A stretch of DNA of 63,498 bases, filler included, from Globobulimina sp. (GCA_003354225.1; 41 parts of 41 records of this genome joined end to end with filler, not necessarily neighbours in it); one strand, 5' to 3'. Shown: positions 36,107 to 49,140, counted from the whole stretch's first letter. A program made the numbers and translations. The notes: generated by a model from the letters alone, not told the origin.

Positions 36107-37494
36107 CGTTTGAAATCCGCAAAATATAATTAATCATTTTCTTCATTTACATCTTTACTTTCATAAGATTCATTGGTCCGTTATTTTGATCATCAGCGGG
36201 ATATGATAGCTGATATTGTCAGTTGTTGCGGGTGAATATTGTGCCGTACTGGCAATGACTGTATTCTATGCATTGGATTGTGGTTGTGGATGTGCGCGTT
36301 GGATTGTGAATATTGATTGATAATTCACAATCATCCAATGACTGACTTAGTGGATCGCTGTCACTGTCAGACGAACGAGAGCATGGTTGCATGCTTGACA
36401 TGTTCGACATTGCAGAGAGAAAGTTTTTTATGTCTGACATTTTTGAGGATCTACCTTGTAGAGCACCACATCACTGATCAACTGCCACCAAAGCTCCACA
36501 TTTCTGTTCCGCAAAATATGCGCCATGGCACTATAAGGTAAATAAATTGCAACCCGTTTGCAAACAGTCACCTATTTGAGTCTATGCATGCAGCGAGTAC
36601 ATCACCTGACATCTAATGAATAATCATAAGACATGTTTGTCAGTTATTGAAGTTTCACACTTTTAAATGCAGAAAGACAATAATGGTGTCATTTCCAATG
36701 CAGTAGTTAGCTTATTATTTTTATTAAATTTAATCGGTTAATTTAATAGTTTCTCATATCCCAATCTCATATCCGCACTTCCTGTTTCTCATATCCCGTG
36801 CGAACCTTACCCAGCCCTCCGCTTGTATGGGATATGCTCTTAAACCGAAAATAATTCCAATCTCCATTAATCAAATTTGTTATAATTATTATGGCGATTA
36901 TTATAAAAATATTGTCGACACATTCAAAATTGCTCATAAATTGATTACACTCTCAAAGAATGGGAAAACTGCTACAAGCAAAGGTGGTGCTGATGGTTGG
37001 GATTATTGCAATGCATTTGAATAAACATTGCCCGCCTCACCATTGACAGCATCTTCTCTTTTTAAATTTGATATAAATTTCTGCGTCAATCGCCCCGACA
37101 ACCGAAATTGCCACCTTTTCACTTGTTTCACGATTNNNNNNNNNNNNNNNNNNNNNNNNNNNNNNNNNNNNNNNNNNNNTTAATTAATTAANNNNNNNNN
37201 NNNNNNNNNNNNNNNNNNNNNNNNNNNNNNNNNNNAAACACCTAATTTTGCCCACACTTTGGTCCTTCCGCTGCTCACTATCAAGGTTGCTCCATTCAAA
37301 AAAAATATCATCAACGTGCCGCAATTTTCGGCATTATTCCCAACGATTGACAGGTTTACTGAGGCCGCTAAATGTTGAATTTGTAGCCTCTCTTTTTCAG
37401 GAATTACAGTGTGCCAAACCTTCTCGTCCAAATAGCCATAACTTTGCGGAGTGGTTAAAGATGGATCGTCCAAACCTGGCTGGTATTCGTTATA

Positions 37495-38515
37495 GGACTG
37501 AAGCATGTTTTTTCAGTGTAGCACCTGCTCATTCACGTTCATTATTCCTTGAACTAATTACCGGTATGCCATTATTCTATGCACAAATTAATATCACAAA
37601 CAATCATTTGATATGGAAAATATTGATATATAGTCATTATGGTGTATAGTGATGGAATAATAGTGACTAGAGGTGTTAATTGGTGGTGGCAACATATATT
37701 ATAGATATGTTTGAATCAAAGATTATTTAAATGTTTATGTTATTTTATTATTTTATATTAAATTGAGTTTAAGAATAAAATTATGTATACATATAGACAG
37801 AGAGATGTATAGACCCTGCTGTTTTGAGGTGGCGTGGAGGAGCTATCAATGGATGTGATGATGAAACAACATTGGATACGCACATTGGATGGTTTGATTA
37901 GTTGTGTTTGTGAAAGGAATGAAAAAAATAACGCTGCATCTTTTTATCATAGCTTTTTATATAATATTTACAAAGTGCAAGGATACAAAAAGATGCAGCG
38001 TTTCTCTGCAAAAACGAATTTTAAAAATATTTCAGTTTTTCCTTGCAACATGTTATTTTTTTTCATTCCTTTCACAAACAGAACAAAATCAAACCATCAA
38101 TATATATGTGCATATCCAATGTTGTTTCATCATCACATGATTCACATCCATTGATATCTCTTCCATGCCACCTCAAAACAACAGGGTCTATATCTCTCTC
38201 TGTCTATATTTATACATAATTTTATTCTTAAACTCAATATAAAATAATAAAATAACATAAACATTTCATTCTTTGATGCAAACATATCTATAGATTGCCA
38301 CCACCAATAACACCTCTAGTCACCATTATTCCATACACCATAATGACCATTTATATATCTATATTTTCCATATCAAATGATTGTTTGTGATATTAATACC
38401 AGTAATTAGTTCAAGGAATAATGAAGGCGACGCCCGTTATTATGACTAGATGGACTGTTATTACGATTAAAACACACGTTTCACATTTTTACACTGAAAA
38501 AACATGCTTCAGTCC
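37495..38515. mobile_element. ~1-kb foldback element with ~440-bp imperfect TIRs, TA-flanked
   Basis: ta|GGACTGAAGCATGTTTTTTCAGTGTA ... TACACTGAAAAAACATGCTTCAGTCC|ta; arms ~37495-37938 and ~38043-38515. Confidence 0.85.
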
Positions 38516-38872
38516 TAAAAAAAAATGGTTTAAAAAATGGTTATAAATTGGATTTAAAATGGATTTAAAATGGTGGATTTAAAATGGTTTAAAAACATGC
38601 TTCAGTAGAATGGATTTAAAATGGTTATAAATTATATTGGAATATATATATATGTATTTCACGGTCTACACAAATGGACATATGTCNNNNNNNNNNNNNN
38701 NNNNNNNNNNNNNNNNNNNNNNNNNNNNNNTTAATTAATTAANNNNNNNNNNNNNNNNNNNNNNNNNNNNNNNNNNNNNNNNNNNNGTGTGTACGATGAG
38801 CCATGTTCTATGAAAACTTTTTCTTAAGTACCAGCAAATCAAAGTGTACACAAACTTTTTGATATAACAGAC

Positions 38873-40138
38873 ATGGGAAATTGTGTGTCTTCTCCTTCTT
38901 CACAACCAGAGCAATCTCAAAATGTTTCAACACCGTGTATTTCTACAACATATAACATAGATTATCCATCTAACCCCATCAACAGTCAACGTATTCGCAA
39001 CAACACAAAGAAATCATTGCCTAACATAAAGAACGTGAACAACAAACATATTAGCAATCATAACACAAAAAACAGTATGACAATCCAAAATGGTGAAGAG
39101 TTTGTGCAGTTTTTAATGACACAATTTTGCCCAAAACCAATAATATCTCCAACAGTTTCATTAGAAACTTATTACAAAAAATCGGATCAGCGCTTCAGTA
39201 AAGTATTGAAATATAACAAAACCGGAAATGATATACGATCCTATATTGCATTAATGAGATTTTGTCAGTTATTTACCACACTATCAACTCATAGCAGTTA
39301 TCATTTAAAACAATATGAAAAACATAAAAAATTAAATAAACAACGATGCCTTAATGCATTGACAAAATTAGAACAATTAAAACCAGCATTAATTCAACGA
39401 TATGATCAAATTAAACAAAACAAAATGCAACAAAATAAATCAAACAATAACATATCAAACGATGTATATAAAGAAACCATGGGAGAGCTAGAAATAATTG
39501 AATATATTGAGGAGATACCCTCAGCTCCGCAAATAACAGAAAGTAATGATAGCAATGACAGTAACAATGATAATATGTTATTATCAAAGGATAACACATC
39601 TGACGATAATCACAACATTATGCATAAAAACACAGCAGAAGAAATTTTTGATAGTGACTGTATTGTGGAAAAACAGTCAGCGCCGCAAATAATGATTGTT
39701 GAGGATGATAAAAACCACACTGTGATGCCTCATCATTATCCAACACCAAAAGTATGTAAAGATAATGTAAACGGATTGGAATCAAATATTGGAAATATTG
39801 AACAGATGGATAGCCAGAAGAAGAGTGATAAGCAGCATCAGCATCATTATCCAACTCCAAAACAAGTGAGTAACAGTCATTATTATCCAACGCCAAAACA
39901 GGATGCGGATGATGTCACTGTTAATGTTGAAAAGGAAGAAAAAAAAGAAGAGATCGATGATGATGATGATGAAATTGATGAGAATGAATGTATAGTTTGC
40001 ATGGATAATATTCGATGCTACGCATTTGTGCCATGTGGTCATTTATGTCTGTGTCAAAATTGTAAAGATTTATATGACAATGAAAAATGTCCAATCTGCC
40101 AAGAAAAAACTAATTCAATCATCAAAATTTTCAAATAA
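38873..40138 (+). CDS. Acylated USP8/AMSH-type MIT-like domain + C3HC4 RING protein
   Basis: MGNC N-terminus; YYK...Y.KTGN..RSYIALMRF..L...L.TH.SY; ECIVCMD...VPCGHLCLC..C...CPIC. Confidence 0.85.
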   Translation: MGNCVSSPSSQPEQSQNVSTPCISTTYNIDYPSNPINSQRIRNNTKKSLPNIKNVNNKHISNHNTKNSMTIQNGEEFVQFLMTQFCPKPIISPTVSLETYYKKSDQRFSKVLKYNKTGNDIRSYIALMRFCQLFTTLSTHSSYHLKQYEKHKKLNKQRCLNALTKLEQLKPALIQRYDQIKQNKMQQNKSNNNISNDVYKETMGELEIIEYIEEIPSAPQITESNDSNDSNNDNMLLSKDNTSDDNHNIMHKNTAEEIFDSDCIVEKQSAPQIMIVEDDKNHTVMPHHYPTPKVCKDNVNGLESNIGNIEQMDSQKKSDKQHQHHYPTPKQVSNSHYYPTPKQDADDVTVNVEKEEKKEEIDDDDDEIDENECIVCMDNIRCYAFVPCGHLCLCQNCKDLYDNEKCPICQEKTNSIIKIFK

Positions 40139-40591
40139 TCTGAAATTGTGGAGCCATACGAAATTTCTTTATTTGAAACATAAATTGTTTGAAAATTTTG
40201 TTCCCTAAAAAGAACGTAACGAAGTGTCTAAGACTACNNNNNNNNNNNNNNNNNNNNNNNNNNNNNNNNNNNNNNNNNNNNTTAATTAATTAANNNNNNN
40301 NNNNNNNNNNNNNNNNNNNNNNNNNNNNNNNNNNNNNACAAAAGCCTTCTTCATTTCATTTGATTTGTTTTGATTTACATTTTGTTTCCAATATCGAGTG
40401 TCTTACTAGTAATGAATTGTTTTTCTGTTAATTTAGGCTCTTAAAACAAAAATAAAATAAAATAAAAGTTGTAAACAACTTTAAAAACTTACTTAAATTA
40501 CAGGTGTAACACTACAAAGTTTTTGATGTTGTTGTTGTCTTTTTGTCTCTCAGCTTTCATGGTCACCGGTTGTTAGAAACACATAAAAATC

Positions 40592-41788
40592 ATGTCTTCA
40601 GCAGATATAGAAGAAAAAGTCGACAATAACGCAGGAGGAGGAGGAGGAGCAGGTGGAGGCAGAGCATTGAGTGGAGGATGTGCCTGTTGTTCATGTTGTG
40701 ATACATACGCATTAAAATTAAACCAATACATAGAAAAAGCATTCAATGCAATTGGTTGGATCATTGGTGACTGGCCCTATCTCATACTAGGCTTAGTATT
40801 ATTATTCCTCTCATTATGTTGCATTGGCTACATATTCGTCTCTGTGGAGACTGACATCTTTAGCTTATGGACCCCTACAGATTCGCCCGTCTTTGCTGAA
40901 AAAGAATTCATCAATTTTTGGTGGGGAGAAAAAGATTATGGATTGGTGATCACCACTGGCTATGCCAAGGAAGGCCCAGACACAAATATATTGACTGACG
41001 AATACTTACAGCAATGGTTCCAAATCCACATCGATTTAGCCACCAGACTTCCTACCAAAGAATATGAATACACTGCGCTCGATAACTCGCAAAAAAGCGT
41101 TACATTTGGATATTTTGCAGGTTTATAATGTGTTATATATATAATGGATATTTTCCACTAAATAAATAACACATACTGTAATCCAGAAAAATATGGTGAG
41201 CCACAGAGTTTATCCGATTTAGGAGATGCCGCAAAGGACCGCCTCGGGCCTACAAGTTATGCCACGGAAGTAATACCACTTTGCCGTGCCGCGTCCCAAT
41301 CGCCCGCCGAAGCACAATTTATAATGCCATGCTATATGGTGACCGTCATCGACTGTTTCAGCGAAGGCGGATATTTCTTCCCATGGGAGAATTATTTAAA
41401 AAATACGCAATTATCCAGTCTTATCCCTGGCAATATGTTCACAGTTTAGTTACTAGTATGTGCGATTTTGCGTATGTAATGTATATAAAATCTACACGTA
41501 CAGTATGATCGAGATAGTTTTGTAGGTTTATCCTCCATCGAAATAGGAGAGCGATTAGCCCCGTCTTGTGCTGGTTTTTCAGGCGTGCTCGCTCCACCAA
41601 ATCTAATCTATGGCGGCGCGACTCGTTTAAATGCCTCGCAGCCAGACTCGACCATTATCGATTTAAAGTCCTTTCAAATCGGGCAATATACGGACAGCCC
41701 ACATTCCATTGCGAGGAAAGTAAAAATAGCCAGCGGGCGATGTAAATATACCGCAACGTCTGGTATTGATTGCCCCGCCATTACAAAA
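40592..41788 (+). CDS. Patched-family membrane protein, spliced, 3' partial
   Basis: TM1 then VETDIFSLW.P.DS...EK.F and NILT..YL; intron 41121-41187; PCYMVTVIDCFSEG. Confidence 0.75.
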
Positions 41789-41888
41789 NNNNNNNNNNNN
41801 NNNNNNNNNNNNNNNNNNNNNNNNNNNNNNNNTTAATTAATTAANNNNNNNNNNNNNNNNNNNNNNNNNNNNNNNNNNNNNNNNNNNN

Positions 41889-43339
41889 ATTTGCTATTAG
41901 CCACAGGTTTGGGGCCCAGTGATTTGGGCGCAGTGTTACAGGCATTTGGTAATTTGTGGGGGCTGTCCTTTGTGATCATGACAATGGGATATGGTTTGAT
42001 TGAGATTCCTCGCTATTTTTGGTACAGATCAAATTATAACAAACGTTTACAATATTTGTATTTTAAACTCTCGCAATTGCAAGAAAACAAAGAGAATGCA
42101 CGGGATCGCGTGGATGAATTATTATATTTACATCGGAAATCAAAAAAGAAGTTCGGTGCAGAATTCGTTTACGAATATGCAAAAATTGAAGAAATTGTAC
42201 CCGAGAATGAGTTAATTAAAATCGCTACAAACAATAAAATATCTCAACATTTAGATATTACCTTCGAGGATCTCGATAATACATTGGATTGCGGTGATTT
42301 TAAGCGGAAACATCTACGCAAATTACATATGTTATTTAAAATATGGCTGTTTCAGTTAGAACGCACCAATGCAATGTTTCAGAAAACCATTGCGGATATT
42401 TTTTATGTGCAAAGTGTGACTCATGTACACGAAGAGAGTGCCAATGACAGCCAAAGTGAGATAATTATCAATGAGCCACAGAGGAATGACCAATTAGATA
42501 ACTTATCTTTTTGTAATCAAATATATTACAAATTCCAAGTGCGTGGATTGCCGCTTTTGTCCAAATTTGTAGCGATTTTATTAGCTTTGTTAACTATAAT
42601 GATAATATGGAGTGAGTTGATGATCACTTTCGATTATTTTGGCGTGAAACCGTTTTTATCCATATTTGCTGTGATAAATGCGTCATTGGCTACGGATATG
42701 AGCATTATATTTGGAGTGGTTTTGTTTTTTTATTTGTCGAGTTGTTCGTTATTTGCATTGTGGAGAATCCATATCAATAAAGATTATCATATGCATCCTT
42801 TCCAATTAACGGACAGTGGCTCGATTTTGACCAATTGCGCATTTTGTATGCGGTTTATGTTTCCATTGGGATACAATTTTTTGTTGATGAATATAAATAA
42901 GGATGAAAGAGATTTGCATAAGGAAAACTATCCATATTTGTATTTATTCCATGATATGAGCGTATTGCCGGTGATTGGCGACCCGGTGAATATATTTTTG
43001 CCAATGTTAGTGGTCGTGTTTTGCATTGCGACCTGGTTTAATGTGTACGGAAAGTTAATGAAGAAATTGAGAATTTCGCGCTTTGAATTTGGTGATCCGA
43101 AAAGTGCGGCAAATGAGGAAATACGACAATGGATAAACGAAGGAAAAAGTATTACGAAGAAATGGAAAAAAGAATTAAATAATGATACGGATAAAAAAAA
43201 TAATTTCACCAAGTATATTTTGGATAGATTTAGCAATAAATCCGTGATCGCAATAATTTTTAATAAATCTGATCTGGATGTTGCAAATGAGAATGATTTA
43301 GCGAGCGTATCATTGGTTGGGAGGGACCATAATATACAA
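41889..43339 (+). CDS. LMBRD2: LMBR1 domain-containing protein 2-like (partial)
   Basis: GNLWGL...MGYGLIEIPR..W, TD..S.L.N....R...PLGYNFL, ATWFNVY. Confidence 0.9.
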
Positions 43340-43439
43340 NNNNNNNNNNNNNNNNNNNNNNNNNNNNNNNNNNNNNNNNNNNNTTAATTAATTAANNNNN
43401 NNNNNNNNNNNNNNNNNNNNNNNNNNNNNNNNNNNNNNN

Positions 43440-43552
43440 GTGATCTCCTTGATCCCGATCAATCCCCGTACCGCCTCTTCAACCCGGGTTGTGACACCCT
43501 CTTCCATTTCGACCGGAGAGGCACCAGGATAGAACACAGAAACCGAAAGATC
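43440..43552 (-). CDS. Bacterial AcrB/AcrD/AcrF RND permease fragment
   Basis: Manual translation: [38 protein letters not shown]-richer than the flank. Confidence 0.8.
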
Positions 43553-43755
43553 CGCAACTTGTGTTGCGATTATTTCAGCTGCATTTAGAAAAGCAGGCAG
43601 TTAAACTGTCAAAATTTGTGCAATTTTTTGTGGAAAATGGTGGATTGGCCTCATTGTTGGAGATATATAACAAGCTTAAAAATGGTATGTTATTTCTTTG
43701 GTGTTCGACAGGAAAATGTTTTTGAATGTTTGTGTAACACATTTTAGACATTGCG

Positions 43756-44890
43756 ATGAGTGATGGGTTGCACTCTTTTGTTGCTTTAAGAAGATTATTG
43801 TTAAAAGTATTTGAAACTATGGTAACAGCAATGAATTATAATGAAACTATAAAAGAAAATGAAGCTACGGAACAGCAAAAGCGTCAATTTTATAAACGGA
43901 AAAGCATTCCGTATCATATTAACAAAATGCCGGAGCTTTATGGCCCTGACACTGACTCTGACGAAGAAGAAGCAGTGCGATCGCCATTGCCCACAGCCAT
44001 ACAAATTCGATATAAATCCGGTGCTGAAGTTATATTTGAATCCGCACAGAAAAGTCAAGTGATTGAATATTTGGTCAGTTCAATCTGGGGATTGCATGAA
44101 ACAGAGGTAACATTCGACGATTTATTGCCCGGCATCGATGCGGTTAAATGTCTGTTTCGATTTTGTTTGGTAAAAGCTGAATTTGCACCATTTATTACCA
44201 CAAGTTGAGCCCTATAGTTTGCATTGTTTTTTTTTTGGTATTCAATCAAAATATTTTTAAATATGAGTCAGCTTTATTGGAATCAACAGAGTGTGCCGCA
44301 GAATTTGAGAATTGGTGGTTACCACTGACCAAAACGATGCAAAACGCATTGGATATGTTGAAAACTGCAGAAAGTATATTCCGTGGTAGTCCGAAGAGAT
44401 TTGTTGTGGAGGATCAATGCAGGAGATATATTTTGGGATTGTTGACATTGATATTAGCGATTATTGACAGTTTCGATATTAAGGATCGATATTTTGAACG
44501 TCAACTGTTAGATTCAATATCTTTTGATGTGCTATTGTTTGAGATAAAGAATAATATTCAAGACAAGCAAATTCATAAAATCATTGAGATGTATACAGAG
44601 TCCAAAGCGTCAGATATTAATGAATACCAATGTTCTCTCATGCAAATTACGCAGGAATCCTTGGATGATCTTAGGATCCGAGCCATTCAGAATGGACATA
44701 TCAATACTTTCTCAAATATACTTTCTAACCTTGCTGCGTTTCCTGATGATTCGTTAAGTGTTGTACATATATTCCAATATGTTGTCATTTATTTATGTTT
44801 TGACTTAATTGTTTTTATGAATCAAGAATGGAAGAATGGAGCAAAGTTAATCAGTATGTTAATAGGATACGAATGTTATTTGATAATGAT
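43756..44890 (+). CDS. Hypothetical protein, spliced, partial
   Basis: Two ORFs joined in frame by a GT-AG intron ~44204-44271. Confidence 0.5.
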
Positions 44891-45036
44891 NNNNNNNNNN
44901 NNNNNNNNNNNNNNNNNNNNNNNNNNNNNNNNNNTTAATTAATTAANNNNNNNNNNNNNNNNNNNNNNNNNNNNNNNNNNNNNNNNNNNNTTCTCGATCA
45001 TTCTTGATTTTCTAACTTTTTTTTTTTAGTCAAAAC

Positions 45037-46166
45037 ATGGCACGCTACCGTTTTAGGACACGTAAGAAGCGAAGTCGACCTTCTGCACCGCCTGCTGCAC
45101 GAAGAAAACCACGGTGGGACACAAAGAAGCGTCCAGGCCTGCTATTAACGCAATATGCAGCGCCAAAACCAATCAAACGAACAAAGAAGAAAGATCCAAC
45201 GAAGAAGAAGAAGAAACAAGAAGAGCCGACGAATGTGCAAGCTATTTATTGGGTTCATCCTCAGAATAAAAATGATGATTACTTTATTGAGGTGGCATAT
45301 TATGGATTGAGAGGGCGTTATGACATCTCGCTAACTGATTTATTAAATGCCAATGAGTGCGATGTGTCGAACCAATGCCAGTTATGGCATCATACATATG
45401 GTGGTCGACATGGATTTAGTGAGTGGTTTATGGCGCGCGCTGTTCGCAAACAGCAATTAGTCGATATTGGGGCTATTGTGTATGACGAAGCAGATAAGAA
45501 ATATCTAGAAATTGTGGGAGTGCCACGTGGCGACCAAATGTATGTATGGCCTGGATATGAGAATTTCTGTATAGGTATTTTTATTTATAGTTTTGTTTAT
45601 ATTTTTATTTGTATTGATATTATGTAGGTACAGCGCGGGAATTTAATGCGCATTCAAGAATAATAGGAGACGGTGATGGATTTGTATCGGATGTGGATTA
45701 TTCAGTGTATTCGGATGAGATTGTGGTTGTGGCAAATTTGCCGTATTTTTATTTGATGCAGAATGCAAAGGATGATTTATGTCATTTATTACGTACAAAA
45801 TTATTTAATCAATTTAAAAAGAAAAGCAAATCAAGAAAATTATCGTTTTATGAAAATTTAAGTGGCAAAGTATGGGAGCATTATATTGGGAAACGGTTGG
45901 TGGAATATGAGGAAAAAATTGATGTGGATGACGTTGGGAATAAGAAAATAATCAAAAACTTATCATTTGAGCAAGCGAATGGGTTATTTCCTGTCGCGAC
46001 AGGCTCTTTATTTGAGAAAAATATCGGGAGATTGAGGAGATATTATGTGGATGACATGGATTTTGTATTTGATATGAAAAGAGATAAATTACGAATTTAT
46101 TCAGTGATTTATATTGAAAATAGGATTACTGGCGCCATTGAAGGCACTGATATTGAGAAAAGATGA
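45037..46166 (+). CDS. Hypothetical protein with basic N-terminus, spliced
   Basis: Two ORFs separated by a T-rich GT-AG intron ~45574-45628. Confidence 0.55.
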
Positions 46167-46809
46167 TTTTTATTAAATAAATATATGTTTTTATAATATT
46201 TGCATGTTCTCTTTGCGTGTTTGGTTATTTTTAGCAAATTTGTATTCACTTAATAACATTTAATATATCATACATAGTATCTATGCAATGATTATTTCCT
46301 ACATTTACAGTGCAAGGATTAATATTATCTGAGCATCAGTTCCAAACTGAAAAGCATTGATTGTATGCATGCTCAGATAATATTATAATTGGCCGCCGCA
46401 GGATATTGAAAATCCTGCTTCCAATCCATACATTATATTCANNNNNNNNNNNNNNNNNNNNNNNNNNNNNNNNNNNNNNNNNNNNTTAATTAATTAANNN
46501 NNNNNNNNNNNNNNNNNNNNNNNNNNNNNNNNNNNNNNNNNGATGAACTTTATTTGCGTTTTCTTCTTCATTTAATATGCAAATGCTGGATCACATTCTT
46601 ATATTGCTTCTCGAACTCCTCATAAAACTCATGATACTTAAATATATTCCCCTGCATTCGTCTACATTCGATCATATATTCATAGTGTTTTCTATTTAAT
46701 TATATAATGCAATAATGCCCAATATCCATCAATTGAGCGACGTGACATTTATGTTAACTTAAGTAGTTTAATACATTTGTAAAAAACAAACCGAAAACGT
46801 TCACAGAAA

Positions 46810-47992
46810 ATGAACAATGCTGTCTGGAAAAGACGATCCCAATTATTAGTAAGTGGATACGTTAGAAAATGTAGCACTCCATACATCGACACAGATATTA
46901 TTAGTATCATTCATGCGTTCCATTATTATATTTTATTGCTATATTCTATTGGCAGCAACGAAGACGGACGACAAGGCAATGGAAGAGATGAAGATATTAC
47001 AAAAATAACAAAAATAAAAACAAATAAAAAATATTGTTACTTGTGGTGGTGATTGTGGTGCAGCAGCATATATTTTATTTCATGATGGAACATATGAATG
47101 TTGGGGCAATAAAGCATTTGGTGTATTAGGTGCTGGCCATTATAATAATATTAATATATGGCATCAAAATATATTAATAATAGATATGAAAATAAAAAAT
47201 ATATTTGCAGCACCAAACGAATCATATCATTCATTTTGTATTTCAAATGAGAATAAATTATATGAACAACGTAATAATCAATGGACACCAATTAATACAA
47301 CATTATCGATTCAAAAAATAGGCATAGCTCTGAATTATACAACATTTTTAAGCACAAATGGTAAAATATATGTTGCTGGTAATGATTGTGGTGAAGGTGG
47401 TTTAGGATTAGGTGAAAATATTGAATCATCCCCAAATATTCAAGAAATTCAAATAAAAATAAAATTTAAGGATATATATTGTGGATGTGATCGTACCTTA
47501 GCAATTGATGATAATTATGGTGTTTGGTCGTGGGGATATGGTGGATTTGGTGGTTTAGGCCATAGCGATGGTAATAATAGATATTCACCAACAAGAATAC
47601 AATATTTTATTCAAAACAATATTAAAATTGCTAAAATATGTTGTGGTCTTTGGCATAATATATTATTATCATTAAACAACAAAGTTTTGATCTTTTTGTG
47701 TTGCGTTTACTTATTTTTACAAATATATTTTAATAAATAAATAAGGTATATTGTTTTGGAGGGAATACATTGTATCAATGTGGTAATGGTTCAGATGAAA
47801 CTGTATTTTTACCGCAACCAAATGAAACATTAAAAAAGGAAACAATTATTGATATTAAATGTGGTATGCATCATAATATTGTTAAAACAACGGATAACAA
47901 CTATTATTTATGGGGAGATAATGGATATAATCAATGTTTACATGTTCGTGATGCCAATCCGCCAGAAAATATTGAGAAACCCTTATTATTTA
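46810..47992 (+). CDS. RCC1-repeat protein, frameshift ~47027, intron ~47683-47746
   Basis: YSIGSNEDGRQG, WSWGYGGFGGLGH, ICCGLWH, IKCGMHHN. Confidence 0.85.
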
Positions 47993-48162
47993 NNNNNNNN
48001 NNNNNNNNNNNNNNNNNNNNNNNNNNNNNNNNNNNNTTAATTAATTAANNNNNNNNNNNNNNNNNNNNNNNNNNNNNNNNNNNNNNNNNNNNCTCCATTT
48101 ATGGTACAGGTACCATATGGTTACAGAAGTGCTCCCTGTATTTGCGTTTCAAGAATCAATAG

Positions 48163-49047
48163 TGTTGTACTACCCTGAATAAGGCAAGTATTACAGTTAA
48201 AGAAATATTGCGTTTAATACCATAGCACTTGCCTTATTCAGGGTAGCACAACAATAGCTAGTATTATCCAATTATAGCCAATCACATTGTGGAAAGCAAA
48301 TCTTGCATATTAGGAGGCTAAATAGCATGTATGTATGTATATGAATATATGTACTCTATTCGCTTAATAGAAATACCAAAACAGCAAATAACAAACTTTT
48401 ATTATTTTGTCGTAGCGTGGTTTTCATGTGGTGTTATTGCGTGGTTAGATTTTGCGACAACCAATCCAACGACGCCACTTAAAAAAGAAGAGCCAAAGTT
48501 TTAGCAGTAAAAAAGATATTTTATGACACTTCGTTTTAAATAAAAAAGTATTTTTGATTTCTATTAAAGTCCAAAACCAAAATGGCGAAATTACTGATTT
48601 GTTTGATCGCACTTTTCCAGTTAGTGCACGAGCAAAGAATTTCAGACGATTAGAGTCGAAAAGCATTTTAAACAAAATGACTAAACTCGGCGTATAAACA
48701 TCAATTTATAGTGCAATATGCTGTCATCGCAAAAACATTTTACGAAAGCAGAGACAATGAAAAATTATCAACAAAACAAACCTGCAAACTTTTGTGTGAC
48801 TTAGCTGAACCTCTGAACCGTTGTCCACCAAAAAGAGTTTTACTCACACTCTAGATGTTCTCCGTTCCATTGGAAATACTAAAAAAATGAAAACGTTGCC
48901 TTATTTGATACAGTCACTTAGTTTTTAAACTGCAGTAAATGTCACCACGAGTCACGACCATTTTCGTTTTGGGACCCAATAGTGTGTACTGTCTCAAAGG
49001 TAACAAATATTTCTGAATTCCATAGTATTTGCCTTATTCAGGGTAGT
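48163..49047. mobile_element. TIR family CTACCCTGAATAAGGCAAGT (nested MITE-like)
   Basis: Left arm 48163-48189; inverted right arms at 48227-48253 and 49026-49047. Confidence 0.7.
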
Positions 49048-49140
49048 GTTTCGAAACCAAAAAAAATGGCACTATCGCAAAATAGGGGTCCAATGAACAG
49101 CAGAAGGTACCCATAGATTCGACGCTCCGACCCGAGTTTT

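Noticed and set aside
35805-36113. 102-aa SYPI-repeat ORF
   Set aside because: Translation of a (TCCTA)n tandem repeat
37834-38154. ORFs inside the foldback element
   Set aside because: No transposase motifs; chance frames in AT-rich DNA
46321-46420. Two hairpins (AATATTATCTGAGCAT...ATGCTCAGATAATATT; GCAGGAT...ATCCTGC)
   Set aside because: Real but short, single copy and at a contig edge; no function can be assigned
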